DNA of 64,000 bases from the human T2T-CHM13v2.0 reference genome, Homo sapiens (GCF_009914755.1 NC_060942.1), one strand, 5' to 3'; positions 32,729 to 49,360 are shown, counted from the stretch's first letter. Numbers and translations: made by a program. Notes: generated from the sequence alone by a model not told the origin.

Positions 32729-33061
32729 CAATGCTGTTCAATAGAAAAATAATGCAAGCTACAAGTGTGAGCCACATATATGATTTCAAATTTTCTAGTG
32801 GTCACATTAAGACAAGTGTAAAGAAACAAGTGAAAATAATTTTACAAATGTATTTTTATTAACCTAACATATTCAAAATATTGTAATTTCAACATGTAAT
32901 CAATATAAAAAATTAATGAGACATTTTCAGTGTTTTTGTTGCACTGATCTTTGAAATCCGGTGTGTACTTTCCACTTGCAGCGCATCTCCATGTGGACTA
33001 GACACATGTCAAGTGTTTAGTAGCCCCATGGGGCTGGTGGTTGTTGTGCTGGACAGTACAG
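32729..33061 (+). mobile_element. MER33 hAT-Charlie element
   Basis: TIR-like ends caatgctgttcaata ... gctggacagtacag; internal atttcaacatgtaatcaatataaaaaattaatgagac. Confidence 0.8.
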
Positions 33062-34308
33062 GACCGACTCCAGAAACAAAGACAAGACGTGAGGGATATG
33101 ACTTTACCTGCTTCACAATTTATAATTCATAGCTCAGGGCAATACCTTACCATTTTCCTGAAATCCGTCTAGAAGAAGACCATTATACATTCATACATTC
33201 GCTTGCAAGAATCTAGAGGTCAATATTGTGTTTGTATCATTTTTGGCGCAACAACAATTATACAAAGTAGCAGCACCAGAACTCTGGAAGGTGGATTGAC
33301 ATTATGTATCCAGAGCTTACAAACATTCACAGCTTCCAGATCAGCAGTTATATTGATGGAGATTGTGGCAGTGAAATATGAGCACAGCTCTGGCTTTGGG
33401 GGCCAAGTTCCTGTTTGCTGGGTTGGGCTGTGTCTCTTTGCTGGGCTGGACTGCATTTCTGCTCCCAACTCTGGCAAGACTGGGCTCTCAGGATGGCTGT
33501 AACCCTCAGCAGCACATGTCCAGTCATCCCTGACAGGCCTGCTTTGGCCTGGGCCCAGGAACACTGACACTCCTTCGGACTGCTGGTCACACTTTTGGCT
33601 TGCTTTTCTTTCCCTTTCCCTTGGGGTCTGAGGTTGGGTGGGATGGGCTAGTTAAAAATTAGATGCATCCATAAAATTAAACTAGTAATCAACATGTATA
33701 ATTTTACTAATAAGTGTATAATGAAACTAATTAAATGTATTATTGTTCATGAAGGTCTTTGTCCTCCAGGCTGTTTCGTTGGTTCTAATGAGAGGGAGCC
33801 GTGGGTTATGGTGAAAGGGCATGGCTTTTCTGGACCTTCTGCCCTGGAAGGGGTATCTACCCAGAGGAGATAGACAGAGATGCAGAGCAAGATCCATGGA
33901 TAAATCTATTCAACCAGCCTTTTTTATATTAGGAACAAATAGAAACAAATATTCAACAGTAGGAAATTGCTTAAAAATATGACATTTCCATATGATGGAA
34001 ATTATGTAGCTTTCAAATAAGGTTTCAATTAATGTTTTCCCTCTTTTGTTTTGTTTTGTTTTATCCATGACTCCATGACACCCGAGTTTTGTAGGGTTTA
34101 TTATGAAAAGCATCAGCCCCTTTCCCTTTCACTTCTCCCCTCCCCAGATGTCTCACTACCTCTGAACTGGTCATTTTGAAATTTACTTCCAGTTCTCCAA
34201 ATTAGCCACATGTATTTCTGTTTGTAGATTTTCGGCTTTAGTCATTATGTATTGGCTCTTAGTTCTGGAGGAGGCACTGAGCTTCTTCCCTTCCCATCCC
34301 CACCGTGA

Positions 34309-34667
<359 letters not shown>

Positions 34668-36147
34668 TGCTCTCTTTCTACCCACGCTTTGCCCTGACAT
34701 TTGTCTCACATCAGATTGCGGTCATCCATTTCGTTGTTCATCTTCTTTGAGGACAGTCTATGCCTTTCCACTCTGTCTTGGGTGTCTGATGTATTCCAGA
34801 CACTCAGTGTTTGAGGAAAACCAAACAAGGCATGTGGAAGCCCCTAGGCTGCTGCTTTAAGAAGGGCATGGAATGCTAGCAGCAAGTAAAGCCACCCCAC
34901 CAGGAACTTACAAGGCAAGGGACTACCCTGCTGGTCTCCACCATCTCTCCAAACATGTTATAGCTTAACCAGCATTCCTCACCCTCCCAAGACTTCACTT
35001 TTATGTTGAGGCTTCTCTTTTCTCCCTGTCTTTATATTGGTCAACTTTCTCCCCAAGTCTGCCTATAATTGGGAAAGCAAAAAGTAAATCAAAATCAAGA
35101 ACGTTTAAAATGAATAGTCTCATTGAACTATCCCAAGTGGAGCTGAATTTTCTCCTGAAATAAGATATAGAATGGTGAAGCTTTTAGATTGGGCCTTGAA
35201 GATCAGGAAAGACATCAACAGAAGAAGATAGGGCTTATTTTGCCAAAGGGTGGTCCCAGTAGTAATCCTTTGAGGCAGCGGAGTGGGGTGTGTTCCAAGG
35301 AAAGCCACCTGTTTATGTTAGTTATAAGTTAACTGTATTTGTAATAGAGATTAGGCCATAATATTGTTGCTGTTTAGATTTGATGCACTCTGGTCTTCCA
35401 GAGGAGCTTGTATATATCTGTGAAGTTTGTGAGTTGAATGTTCGTAAATAGAGAATCTGCTAGATTCTACTGCATACCAATTTTAGGACAGGCACCATTA
35501 TTGATCCTGGAGATAGAAGCAATAAAAAAAGACATGGATCTTACAGTTCAGTAGGTGAGATAATCACAGATAATGAAATAGGTAATCATGTACAATAAAT
35601 GCTATGATGAGAAGCTTCTGTGAGAGTGTTTAAAGGAAGAAGGAGGAGGAGGGGTGGTTAGGGAACGCTTCCCTTGAGGGAGGACTGGCCAAAACTCACC
35701 TTTCATTAGAGAAGATTGTAAGGGGATGTGGTGCCAGTGGGCCAAAGTCAAATTCCAAGTATTAAAGTGTATGGAGATGGGACAGGTATACAAAGAAATG
35801 TCTGAAAATACAGGTTAAATCATGCATGTAATGTTATACATTTTCAAAAATCAGATATACAAAAATGTAACTTTTTTGATAACTGAATTTAGTTCTCATA
35901 AAGGGAAAAATAGTCTGGCTACTTTTAAGTATATCCAGCTACATTCAGTAATTTGGGGGCATTACTGATTTAAAGCTTTGTCACAATTGGAACAAGCTCA
36001 ACCATATTCAGGATGATCACTTCAGGCACTATTCCTCTCCCTGGGATAGATATTAGGATGTGAGCTTTGCATCTGAGGCACAATAGACCCCTGGCAGGGG
36101 GTGGCCATGGGTATGTCCAGATGCCCTCCCAAGCCTAGACACACTCT

Positions 36148-36515
<368 letters not shown>

Positions 36516-37168
36516 TAACCCCAGGGGGGACTTTTTGGTAGAGACTTGCTGTCTCCCTGGGCCTCCTCCAGCATTTGAGGCTCAGGCCCTTCTTGTTCTT
36601 GGATTTTGAAAGTGAAAAGGGAGCTTTATTGTGTGTTGCTACTTCTCCTTCCACCCCCAACTCGACTTACCAAATGAAGGGCAAATTTTGTGGCCCCTAC
36701 ACTGACTCTTACCCTCTTACTTTCTTTCCAAGGCTTCTTCCTCTGTCATCCAAATCAGAGGGTCTTTTGTTTTATTGGAGTGGGAGTGGGGCCTAGGAGA
36801 ACTGGGTCTTCTCTGTTATGCCTTCTTTAAAATACTTTCTGCTTTACTCCTTTCAACACCTTTGCTTGCTAATCGTGGCCATGCCTGGGCTCGTGGGAGA
36901 GCCTGAGAGTGTAAGGGAAAGAGGCATTCTTGGGTTATTGGGTGTACCTGCCTGGAGGTGGCTGCCACACCCAATAACGCATACTCCAAAACACAGACAC
37001 CCCTCTCTGTTCACAGGAGAACAGGGCTTCTAAAACGGCCCATAGTGGTAGGGTGGTGAACAGAGGTGATGTGTGCCTCAGGGAGAACTAATCAGGGCAG
37101 AGAAGCAAGCGGGAAAGAAATAGTAAAGTCAGGGTGAGAGGTTTGCACCTGGAGGGCAGCGATGGTAG

Positions 37169-37570
<402 letters not shown>

Positions 37571-38671
37571 TGAAACATAGTTCTAAAAAGCTTATTTTTC
37601 ATTCCTTTTTTTTCCTGTTTATTCAATTTAACAAGTGTTGTGGTTGGAAATATAGATTGCTTATTTCTTGAGTACTTACTTTTAAACCTGAGTGAATGCC
37701 TAGACATTTGAAAACTCAATAAATTAAAAGCACGTGGTAGCTTATAGAAATATTACAACACACACACACACCCAGTATGTCTGAGTGAGTCAAACGGAGT
37801 GTCTTTGCAAAATGTGCTGTCTGAATGAGACAGCGATTATGTCACTCATTGGCAATAAACACTTGTGGAGCCATCACTGAGGCTGACAGGAAGTTAAAAA
37901 AAGAGTCTCTGGGGAAACAGCTTGTTCTGCTTCTGATTCCATGAGATGTAACTATGTCTCTCGAAATGCGTACATATATATTTTATTACTTATTACCACA
38001 TAAAACTTCATCCCTAAGGTAGGGTGCCCATCGTGATGATGGATTTGAGTACTAGCATTCATTCTTCAAAGGCACAGTTCAGCAACCCCATTCCTGGGGT
38101 GAATATGCGCCTGAAATGGGAGCTATTTTCTTTAATGGCCAAAACCCCCCACAGAACAACCAAAAACCACACCCAAAAATTCTTCCCCATTCTTCCTCAA
38201 AGTGTGAATTCATTCTCTTGAGCCAAGATTCACAGAAGACAAGGTGCTGGGCATCATGTAGCAGAAAAGCCCTCATTCCTAGAAGCTGGAACCCATGATC
38301 CTCTTGTTGGGGCCTGTTAGGGTGATTCTCTGTTGGAACAAACCCCACTCGGAGCTGGGCCCAGTCCCTGGGCAGAGAGCCTGCCCAGTCACATTTGTAT
38401 CCTAAAGCCAAATATCTTGTCTTATGAGGAAATTAACCAGTTCTCCTAGACGTTTTATGGGAGCAGCAGAGAGGGTGGGTTTGACTGAGGAGAGAGAGAA
38501 AGGAAGGCCCAGAGAGAGGAGCCAAGCCTCATTGGCTTAGAGTTATTGGGAAAAACGTGAGTTTACATAAAGGAAAATTCTAAATTATGGAGTATCTCAA
38601 AAGAAATATAATTTAATATTTGAAAGTATGTAATAAACACAAATACCTATGGTTATTAGTCAACTAAATGA

Positions 38672-39201
<530 letters not shown>

Positions 39202-39489
39202 TACAAAAGTATAATTTTTCTTAGTCCTACATTGTATATTAATATATCATAAACATTAAAAAGTGATTTTGAGCTTTTAAACAAATACAATTCAGTGCTA
39301 TGTATACATAAGAATAAATTTTAAATTCGTGAAGTTAAAATCAAGGAAGATCTTTGGCTTGTTATTATTAATTGTTGCTTAATCATTGCAATAATAACTG
39401 CTCTAAGGTTTCTGAAAGGGCATCTGAGAGGTGACACTCTTTGCAATGGAACAATTTGAATTCAGTGACCCGTGGGACTTACTTCATTG

Positions 39490-39848
39490 GTAACAGACTT
39501 GGACAATACTAATTGGTCTGGAGATGGACATGTGACCAGAGTTTGGCCAATCAGCATGCTGCCTTGAGGTCTGCCTGCCTGGAGCTGGCCGGATAGAGCT
39601 TTGTGCTCTCTGGCCATGGGGTAGGTGTTGATGAAGCTGTAGGTCTCCTGTTGCCTGGGGAAAGTCCACCTGCAGCGGTAGACTGAGGCCAACATGCAGA
39701 GAGAAGCAGAGATGAAAGGAAGTGAGATAATGTCCTGCCTGGGCTAAATCCCTGGTCTTTGCCTACCCTACTTGTTTAAATGGACATATACTGTCTCCTT
39801 TCACTGTGGGCAAGCTTATGTTTCTGTTACTTGCAAGCAAAAGGATCT
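39490..39848 (+). mobile_element. MLT1J/K-like MaLR LTR
   Basis: gacatgtgaccagagtttggccaatcagc ... tttctgttacttgcaagcaaaag. Confidence 0.6.
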
Positions 39849-40422
39849 ACCTGATCCATTACTCATTAGTATTATTTCCTTGAATTTGCAAGGAAACTGA
39901 ACACTAAGGCACTGGTGTGAAGTTTGTTGTCATGTTGTACGTCGCATCTGTAGCTTCATGGGTACTCCTTTAGGTGTTTCTATGTGTTTACTTATGATTA
40001 AGGCACTGCTGATGGGAATGGTATATACTGTTTGATATATTGTTAAACAAAGTTGCACAATTGAAGGCTTGCTTTACATAGCTGGAAAGTATATCCCGTT
40101 GTTTGTGTGTGTGCCCAGTTCCTGGATTAGATTGTGAGCTCCCTAACATCAGGGATGTGCTACTTGTCATATTCATATCCCGAGGACCCAGCAGAGTTCT
40201 GTCCTGTAACAGGCACCTAGTAAAGGTTGAATGTTCCTTTCTCACACTCCTGGCACTTCTCCCATTTTGCTTTCTGCTGGAGATACTTGGCACAGGCCTC
40301 AGTTCTCTGAATGTCGCATTAGCTTTTGCTGTAGAGTCCACGTTCAATGATCTTTGCACCTAGCACAGTGCATGGCCCAATGGCAGGTGCTCAATACGTA
40401 TATCGATCTGCTCCCAGAAACT

Positions 40423-41224
<802 letters not shown>

Positions 41225-41304
41225 CTAGAATGTGCACCTCTTACACATCCTGGGCCTGCTCTAAACAAGCTAGATATGCCGCTTATTGGAGTTGCTTCAC
41301 TGTA

Positions 41305-41411
41305 TTTCTTCTTAACTTCTAAATTTTGAGATAATTAAAGGTTCACAGGAAATTGCAAAGATAGTACGGAGGGCCTCCATTCACTCAGTTTCCCCCAATG
41401 GTTACATCTTG
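41305..41411 (-). mobile_element. L1MC-type 3' end fragment
   Basis: ttttgagataatt...ttcacaggaaattgcaaagatagtac...gtttcccccaatggttacatcttg. Confidence 0.65.
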
Positions 41412-41720
<309 letters not shown>

Positions 41721-41967
41721 TAGTGGGAGAGAAGAGGGGAGTGGGAAATGGTTTTCATGACTCAGTAAGGAATCACTTGAGAGAGCAGCCATGGAACAAA
41801 CGAGTTAAAGAGGACCACTTCTTAGTGATGGGGACCACCTAACCTGGAGAAGGTTACTGGACTCCTCTGAATTTCAGTTTTCTCATCTGTAAAAATATCA
41901 TAACAATGTCTAGCTTCACAGTGTTATAAATCCGTACTTCCATATATTAAAGAAAAATAAAAGTAGT

Positions 41968-42282
41968 GGCTGGGTGAAGTGGCTTACACCTGTAATCCCA
42001 GCACTTTGGGAGGCTGAGGTGGACGAAGTGCTTGAGCCCAGGAGTTCGAGACCAGCCTGAGCAACATGGCAAAACCTCACTTCTACAAAAAAATACAAAC
42101 ATTAGGCGGGCATAGTGGTGTGCACCTGTGGTCCCAGCTACTCGGGAGGCTGAGGTGAGAGGATCACCTGAGTCTGGGGAGATCAAGGCTGCAGTGAGCC
42201 AAGATAGCAGCACCACACTCCAGCCTGGGAGACAGAGCAGGACCCTGTCTCAAATAAATAAATAAATGAATAAATAAATAAA
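41968..42282 (+). mobile_element. AluJ with (AAAT)n tail
   Basis: cttgagcccaggagttcgag, gatcaaggctgcagtgagc. Confidence 0.9.
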
Positions 42283-42339
42283 TTAGGCAATTAGTATACA
42301 TTCTAATTGCCTGGGGAAGTTGTCAAAAATGAAGATTTT

Positions 42340-42648
<309 letters not shown>

Positions 42649-42832
42649 ATTTTAAGGCTCCTTCCAGAAATTCTGACTCAGTCAGCATAGGGTGAGGCTC
42701 TGCCCTGGAATCCTCATTCTGTAATCAACCCTGGTGATTCTGTTGAAATTGATTTCTAGATTTCAATTTGAGAATTCTTCTGTCCATTGATTCTGAAACC
42801 TGGTTGTGATTTATAATTGCCTGGGAACTTTA

Positions 42833-43663
42833 TTTTATTTTATTTAAAATTTTTTTTTTTTTATTGAGCATTCTTGGGTGTTTCTCGCAGAGGGGGATTT
42901 GGCAGGGTCACAGGACAATAATGGAGGGAAGGTCAGCAGATAAACAAGTGAACAAAGGTCTCTGGTTTTCCTAGGCAGAGGACCCTGCGGCCTTCTGCAG
43001 TGTTTGTGTCCCTGGGTACTTGAGATTAGGGAGTGGTGATGACTCTTAAGCAGCATGCTGCCTTCAAGCATCTGTTTAACAAAGCACATCTTGCACTGCC
43101 CTTACTCCATTTAACCCCGAGTGGACACAGCACATGTTTCAGAGAGCACAGGGTTGGGGGTAAGGTCACAGATCAACAGGATCCCAAGGCAGAAGAATTT
43201 TTCTTAGTACAGAACAAAATGAAAAGTCTCCCATGTCTACCTCTTTCTACACAGACACAGCAACCATCCGATTTCTCAATCTTTTCCCCACCTTTCCCCC
43301 CTTTCTATTCCACAAAACCGCCATTGTCATCATGGCCCGTTCTCAATGAGCTATTGGGTACACCTCCCAAACGGGGTGGTGGCCAGGCAGAGGGGCTCCT
43401 CACTTCCCAGTAGGGGCGGCCGGGCAGAGGCGCCCCTCACCTCCCGGACGGGGCGGCTGGCCGGGCTCGGGGCTGACCCCCACCACCTCCCTCCCGGACG
43501 GGGCGGCTGGCCGGGCAGAGGGGCTCCTCACTTCCCAGTAGGGGCGGCCGGGCAGAGGCGCCCCTCACATCCCGGACGGGGCGGCTGGCCGGGCGGGGGG
43601 CTGACCCCCCCACCTCCCTCCCGGACGGGGAGCGGCTGGCCGGGCAGAGGGGCTCCTCACTTC
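42833..43663 (-). mobile_element. 5'-truncated SVA retrotransposon (SINE-R ~42860-43390 + partial VNTR; SVA_D-like)
   Basis: SINE-R text (cattcttgggtgtttctcgcagagggggatttggcaggg...), GC-rich VNTR units cccggacggggcggctggccgggc, poly(A) with AATAAA. 14-bp TSD gcctgggaac(t/c)tta at 42819-42832 / 43664-43677. Inserted in a MER5-like element. Confidence 0.95.
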
Positions 43664-44294
43664 GCCTGGGAACCTTAAAAAAATAATGACGCCTGGGCCC
43701 CACCACAGATCAATTACACCAGAATTTCTGGGGGTAGAGCTTGGAAACTGTATTCGTTAAATACTCCCAGGTGATTCTAACATGAAGCCAGGGAAGGGAG
43801 GATCCTAGCTAGACGACCAAATGTCTAGGGCGATATTGGCATTCAGTTGCATGCATGGGAAGAGTGGTGTTTACTCATGATTTAAGATCGTTATTTAAAC
43901 CTTACAACAATTCTATGACATTGGTATGATTATCTCTACCTTTTGATTTAAAAAACCCAAGGCTTAGAAAAGTTGCATTATTAATTTGAGCACTGAAACC
44001 ATCATTGGATTCTGGAGTTAAAGGCCTTTTCTATATATCTTGCTGCCTCCTTCCACTAAGAGAAAAACAAATTTAATTTAGTTTTAGAATTGAAATCAAC
44101 TGATTATCAAAATGCCTTAATAAGAAATTGCCCCCATTGAAATCTGTTTTTAAGCATTGTGTTATAAACTTAGGTAGGTCACGTGCGTGTAACCTGAGGA
44201 ATGATCGATGAACTGGACACAACCTTGTCAATGGGTAAAAACAGTGTTGCTGATTTATATGGAATTTTGCTTATGTGGAAAGAAAGTGAAGTCA

Positions 44295-44581
44295 GGTCGG
44301 GAGCAGTGGCTCACACCTGTAATCCCAGAACTTTGGGAGGCTGAGGCGGGGAGATCACTTGAGGTCAGGAGTTCGAGACCAGCCTGGCCAACATGGCAAT
44401 ACCTCGTCTCTACTAAAAATACAAAAATTAGCTGGGCATGGTGGCACGCGCCTGTAATCCCATCTACTCAGGAGGCTGAGGCGTGACTTGCTTGAACCTG
44501 GGAGGCAGAGATTGCAGTGAGCTGAGATCCCACTGCTGCACTCCAGCCCAGGTGACAAAGTGAGACTCCATCTCAAAAAAA
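44295..44581 (+). mobile_element. AluS
   Basis: TSD agaaagtgaa(g/a)tca. Confidence 0.92.
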
Positions 44582-45034
44582 TAGAAAGTGAAATCAATTT
44601 GTTGCTGGTGGCAAATCCACATGGGTCTGCAGCAACCTCAGTTCTTGCCTCCTCAGAAGAAAGAATTCGACTGAGGGGCATGAGGCAGAAGGAGAGACTG
44701 AGGCAAGTTTTAGAGCAGGAGAGAAAGTTTATTAAAAGCTTTAGAGCAGGAATGAAAGGAAGTAAAATACACTTGGAAGAGGGCCAAGTGGGTGACTTGA
44801 GAGATCAAGTGTGCAGTTTGACTTCTGATTTAGGGTGTTATGAGAAACAAACTCACCTGTCCAAACCCAAAGAATGGTCTCAAAGACCCACAGAACAGCG
44901 AGAGTGAGACTTTTAATGATGGTCTTGCAAGATTGGGAGTCTGATGGGCAGGCACACCCAGTGCAGTTTCAACAAGCAATTTATCTCCCAGTGCGCAGGT
45001 CCCTCCCCTCGTTCCTCATAGTCTGGGAACACAT

Positions 45035-45286
45035 AGTGCTGACAGGCCACTGCATATGTGGACAACTCATACCAAGGGAAGAATCACAGGGGAAGGGATG
45101 CAAGACCCTGGAAGTATGCCAACATGTAGCACTGAAGGAAATAATGTACACAGTGATCCATTTCCAAGACAAAGTGCCTTGAATCGGCTTGTTGTGGGAT
45201 TCAGGAGGACGAGAGAGACCTCGGGTTGAAACAGGAGAATCTTTACCAAGTGCACTCAAGCCCAGCTGACTTACGTCCAAAAGACT
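45035..45286 (-). repeat. 252-bp inverted duplication of 46214-46465
   Basis: Ungapped reverse-complement match, about 23 mismatches by hand count (~91%); flanked by a 23-bp direct repeat at 45014-45036 / 45291-45313. Confidence 0.93.
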
Positions 45287-45683
45287 CCAGCCTCATAGCC
45301 TGGGAACACATAGGCATGGGGTCACAATCTTCCCAGACGTTGCCTATTGATTGTTAAGTAGGGACTTTAGGTGTTTTTCTTTTTTAGGGTTGTCTTGCTG
45401 CATTTTGTTGCAGCCCACAATGCATTGCAATCCTAGTCAGCTCTGGGGCTCTTCAAGTATTTGATTTATGACCTAAATAAAAACTGGGCAGGCTGATAAG
45501 AACAGACAAAACGAGCTATTTTGCAGGCTAGTAAACTTTCATCTTAGACTACACTTCTTTGGTTTGGGTGAGGGCAATAAAGGGGTGGAGAAGTGGGGGA
45601 GGGGGAGGCAGACAAGCAGGAATTGGCTATCCAAGCAGGGGCCTAGTATATCCTGTTTGCTATGTAGTTTGCTGACCTAAGCC

Positions 45684-46310
45684 TGAGGGGGGAAATTAAA
45701 GAAAAACAAAATTAAAAAGAAAGAGAAATAAGTTTTCCTGTTTTAGGCTAACTTTTCCCAGAGGCAGCAACAGGCACAGCCCAGACCCAGGAAAAGTTTT
45801 GATAATATTATCTAATGTGCTCTGGAGACTCTCCCAGCACTCCTTCAACATAGGGAAAAGAAAACAAATTTTCCTTTGTTTTACAGAGTGAGTTTATAGA
45901 TTCCTGTTCTCTGTAACTAGTGACTTCAAGTATTCTGTTTTATCTAAGAAGTACAACGAAGGTCATGAGAAGCCTAAGCAGGCCTGAACTACAGCTGCCT
46001 GGGCACCATAGCGAAGGTTATAAGATAAGCTTGTGTGTGCCCAGGCAAACCTAGATAACGGACATCTGGGTTGCTTGGCAATGGTCATGGCAATCCTGTC
46101 TTTGTCCTGCCTCTGTATCCCTGCTTTCACGCCACTGTAAGCTTGCTTCAAGCTAGCCCACCCCCTTCTATGAAGTGTGTATGAAAGTCAAGTACTGTCT
46201 TTGTTCCGGGCCCAGTCTTTTGGACGTCAGTCAGGTGGGCCTGAGTGCACTCAATAAAGATTCTCCTCTTTCAACCCGAGGTCTCTCTCGTCCTCCTGAA
46301 TCCCACAACA
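45684..46310 (+). mobile_element. Third, innermost solo ERV1 LTR (LTR4/HERV3-like), 627 bp
   Basis: TG...CA ends (tgagggggg ... cacaaca), AATAAA at ~46253, perfect 4-bp TSD agcc at 45680-45683 / 46311-46314. Confidence 0.85.
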
Positions 46311-47183
46311 AGCCAATTCAAGGCACTTTGTCTTGGAAATGGGTCACTGTATATATTATTTCCTTCAGCGTTACGCATTGACATACTTCCGGGGCCTTGC
46401 ATCCCTTCCCCTGTGATTCTTCCCTTGGCATGAGCTGTCCACATGTGCAGTGACCTGTCAGCACTTGGGAGGGGCCACACGTGCAGCGTATTTACTGGGG
46501 TTCTGCACATGCTCACTTGAGGTGTTTTTCCCTCACCAATCAAGCGTTCTTCCCTTAACAGTCTAGCGTTCCCAGAGGAAGGTCATATGCTAGTTAAACT
46601 CCGCCATTTTGCCTCTTCGTGTGCATGCTTGAGCCCACTGGCCCAACTTCTGAGATCTTATTGGGAAGCTGCTGATTACCAGTGTGGTTTTTTCTTTTGC
46701 CTTTCCCAGGCAGTCTCCCAATAGATAGATAATTGCCTGCCTACAATTATTATTTTAGAGAGGCAGTTTAACAACGACCTGACCATCACCTGATGGCCGC
46801 CTGACATTCCTGGTGTGTGTGTTGGGGGGGCCCCTCTCCTGCCCTGCTCACCGTCTGACTAGCTACCTATTGTCATGTATTCTCCCCCATACATACCAGC
46901 GACTTCCACTTGCTGCAGGGATGGAGACTCCTTCCAGGAAGACCATTCAGTTCCTCCCAGACAGGTGCTTCCTAGAACTATTGGCCTCTTGTTTCTTCAA
47001 GTTGATTGTCAATCATTGTTCTGAATCTCAGTGGAACATCAATTCATGTGCCAAAATTGAAAGAAAATATTTAATCCCAAATCTTTTCCCTCGGCTCCTT
47101 CTTTGCAGTGTTTCGTAGCTGACACAATCTCTATAGAGGGATATTGACAGTGGCCCCATCATCTTTCCTTTACTTTGTGACAT

Positions 47184-47725
47184 TGAAGAAAATGAAAATA
47201 TTTCTCTGCAAAATATTGAAGGTTGTTGAGCTGAAGAAGGTTAAAATGCAGAGGGTGGATATTGAGGTTCCTTATGCTTACCTGATGGGAAGACAGTGAT
47301 TCACAAGGACAAAAAGTCTTTCTCCCGTTTCCCTTCTTTTCCCACCTAAAGACAGAAGTAAATTCTGTCTTCACTGGAGATGGCCCTAGCTCTCATCAGC
47401 TCAGAAACTGGCTGCAGCAGGGCTAGGGGAATCTAGGAGCCAACTTTACTCCTTTCCCACAGTTTTCCCACCTTGAGAGACTGGAAATTTTGTTTCTCAT
47501 CACTGCTCTAAGATTTATTGCTCTTTGATAAGATACTGTTTAAGCAAGGCCTCTAAGCCACTGATTTGGGACAGTTGCTTTCTCCTGCGTGATGGGCATG
47601 GCATGCATAAATAAAAATGCTTGGTTTTCTCTTGTTCATCTGTGTTTTGCTAAGAGGAATCTGTCCCAGCAACAAACTTAGGAGGGTTCAAAAAAGAAAT
47701 GATTTTTTTTTTCTCCCCTTCCACA
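47184..47725 (+). mobile_element. Old ERV1 solo LTR (MER4-group, MER90-like)
   Basis: tgaagaaaatgaaaatatttc start; aataaaaatgcttggttttctcttgttcatctgtg; end ttttctccccttccaca. Confidence 0.55.
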
Positions 47726-48384
47726 TCGCCGGCTGCCAGACGACTTGGGAGAGGCTGTGGCCTTGACTCAGGCTTACTCACAGAGCGCCCAGGGCCTGGG
47801 GCTGTTTGGACACCGCCATTAACTGCCCCACCCATGGCTCCATTTACCCATGGATGAAGGAAGGGCTCTTTTCAATTAAATAGAGGAATCTTATCTATTT
47901 CCTGCATTCACAGAAGGTTTAATAGGGTACAGTTTTCTCAGTAGGTCACGACGCAAAAACTTTGATTTTGAAGGTAGACTCTGAGTTTGAAAAAGAGACT
48001 AATATTCTAGGTTTTAGATTTTTCAATAGTATTCCAGAATGATAGCTAGAATGCTACTGAGAAGAAGCCTTATGTTTGTGTGATGTATAATCGCACAATC
48101 AGCCACTCCCTGATGTGTCTGTGCCCAGTGTAATTTCTTCTTTCCTCCTTCACGGGGTCTGCAGTGACAGCTTCAACAAGATGGCTGAATGGCTGCTGGC
48201 TCCCCCACTCCATCTTCCATTAATGGTCTCCAGCATCACCTTGTATCATTCTTATCTTTTCTAGAGCCTCTAAAACAGCCCACAATTCATTCTGTCAAGG
48301 ACTGTCTGGCAAAGCTCGGTTTTCCTCCCACCTGCAGCTGGTGCACTACTGGCGTTTCTGTATCACTCTGACTTTCCCTAAAGC

Positions 48385-49305
<921 letters not shown>

Positions 49306-49360
49306 AGAGTTCATTTGTTTTTCTTTTCGTTCATACATGATCCAGATGACAAGTTTAGAT

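Larger units (their letters stand above)
44841..46367 (-). mobile_element. Second solo LTR inserted in MER50 (family uncertain, LTR66-like)
   Basis: TG...CA ends (tgagaaac ... ttccttca); 6-bp TSD g(t/c)gtta at 44835-44840 / 46368-46373. Confidence 0.75.
44600..46877 (-). mobile_element. MER50-like ERV1 solo LTR (44600-44840 and 46368-46877), host of nested LTRs
   Basis: cctcagaagaaagaattcgactgaggggcat... resumes catacttccggggccttgc...ctgaccatcacctgatgg...agctaccta; flanks aatt / tatt. Confidence 0.8.

Noticed and set aside
44981-46433. Near-identical peptide pairs on opposite strands (DSPVSTRGLSRPPESHNKPIQG)
   Set aside because: A by-product of the 252-bp inverted duplication of LTR sequence, not paralogous genes.
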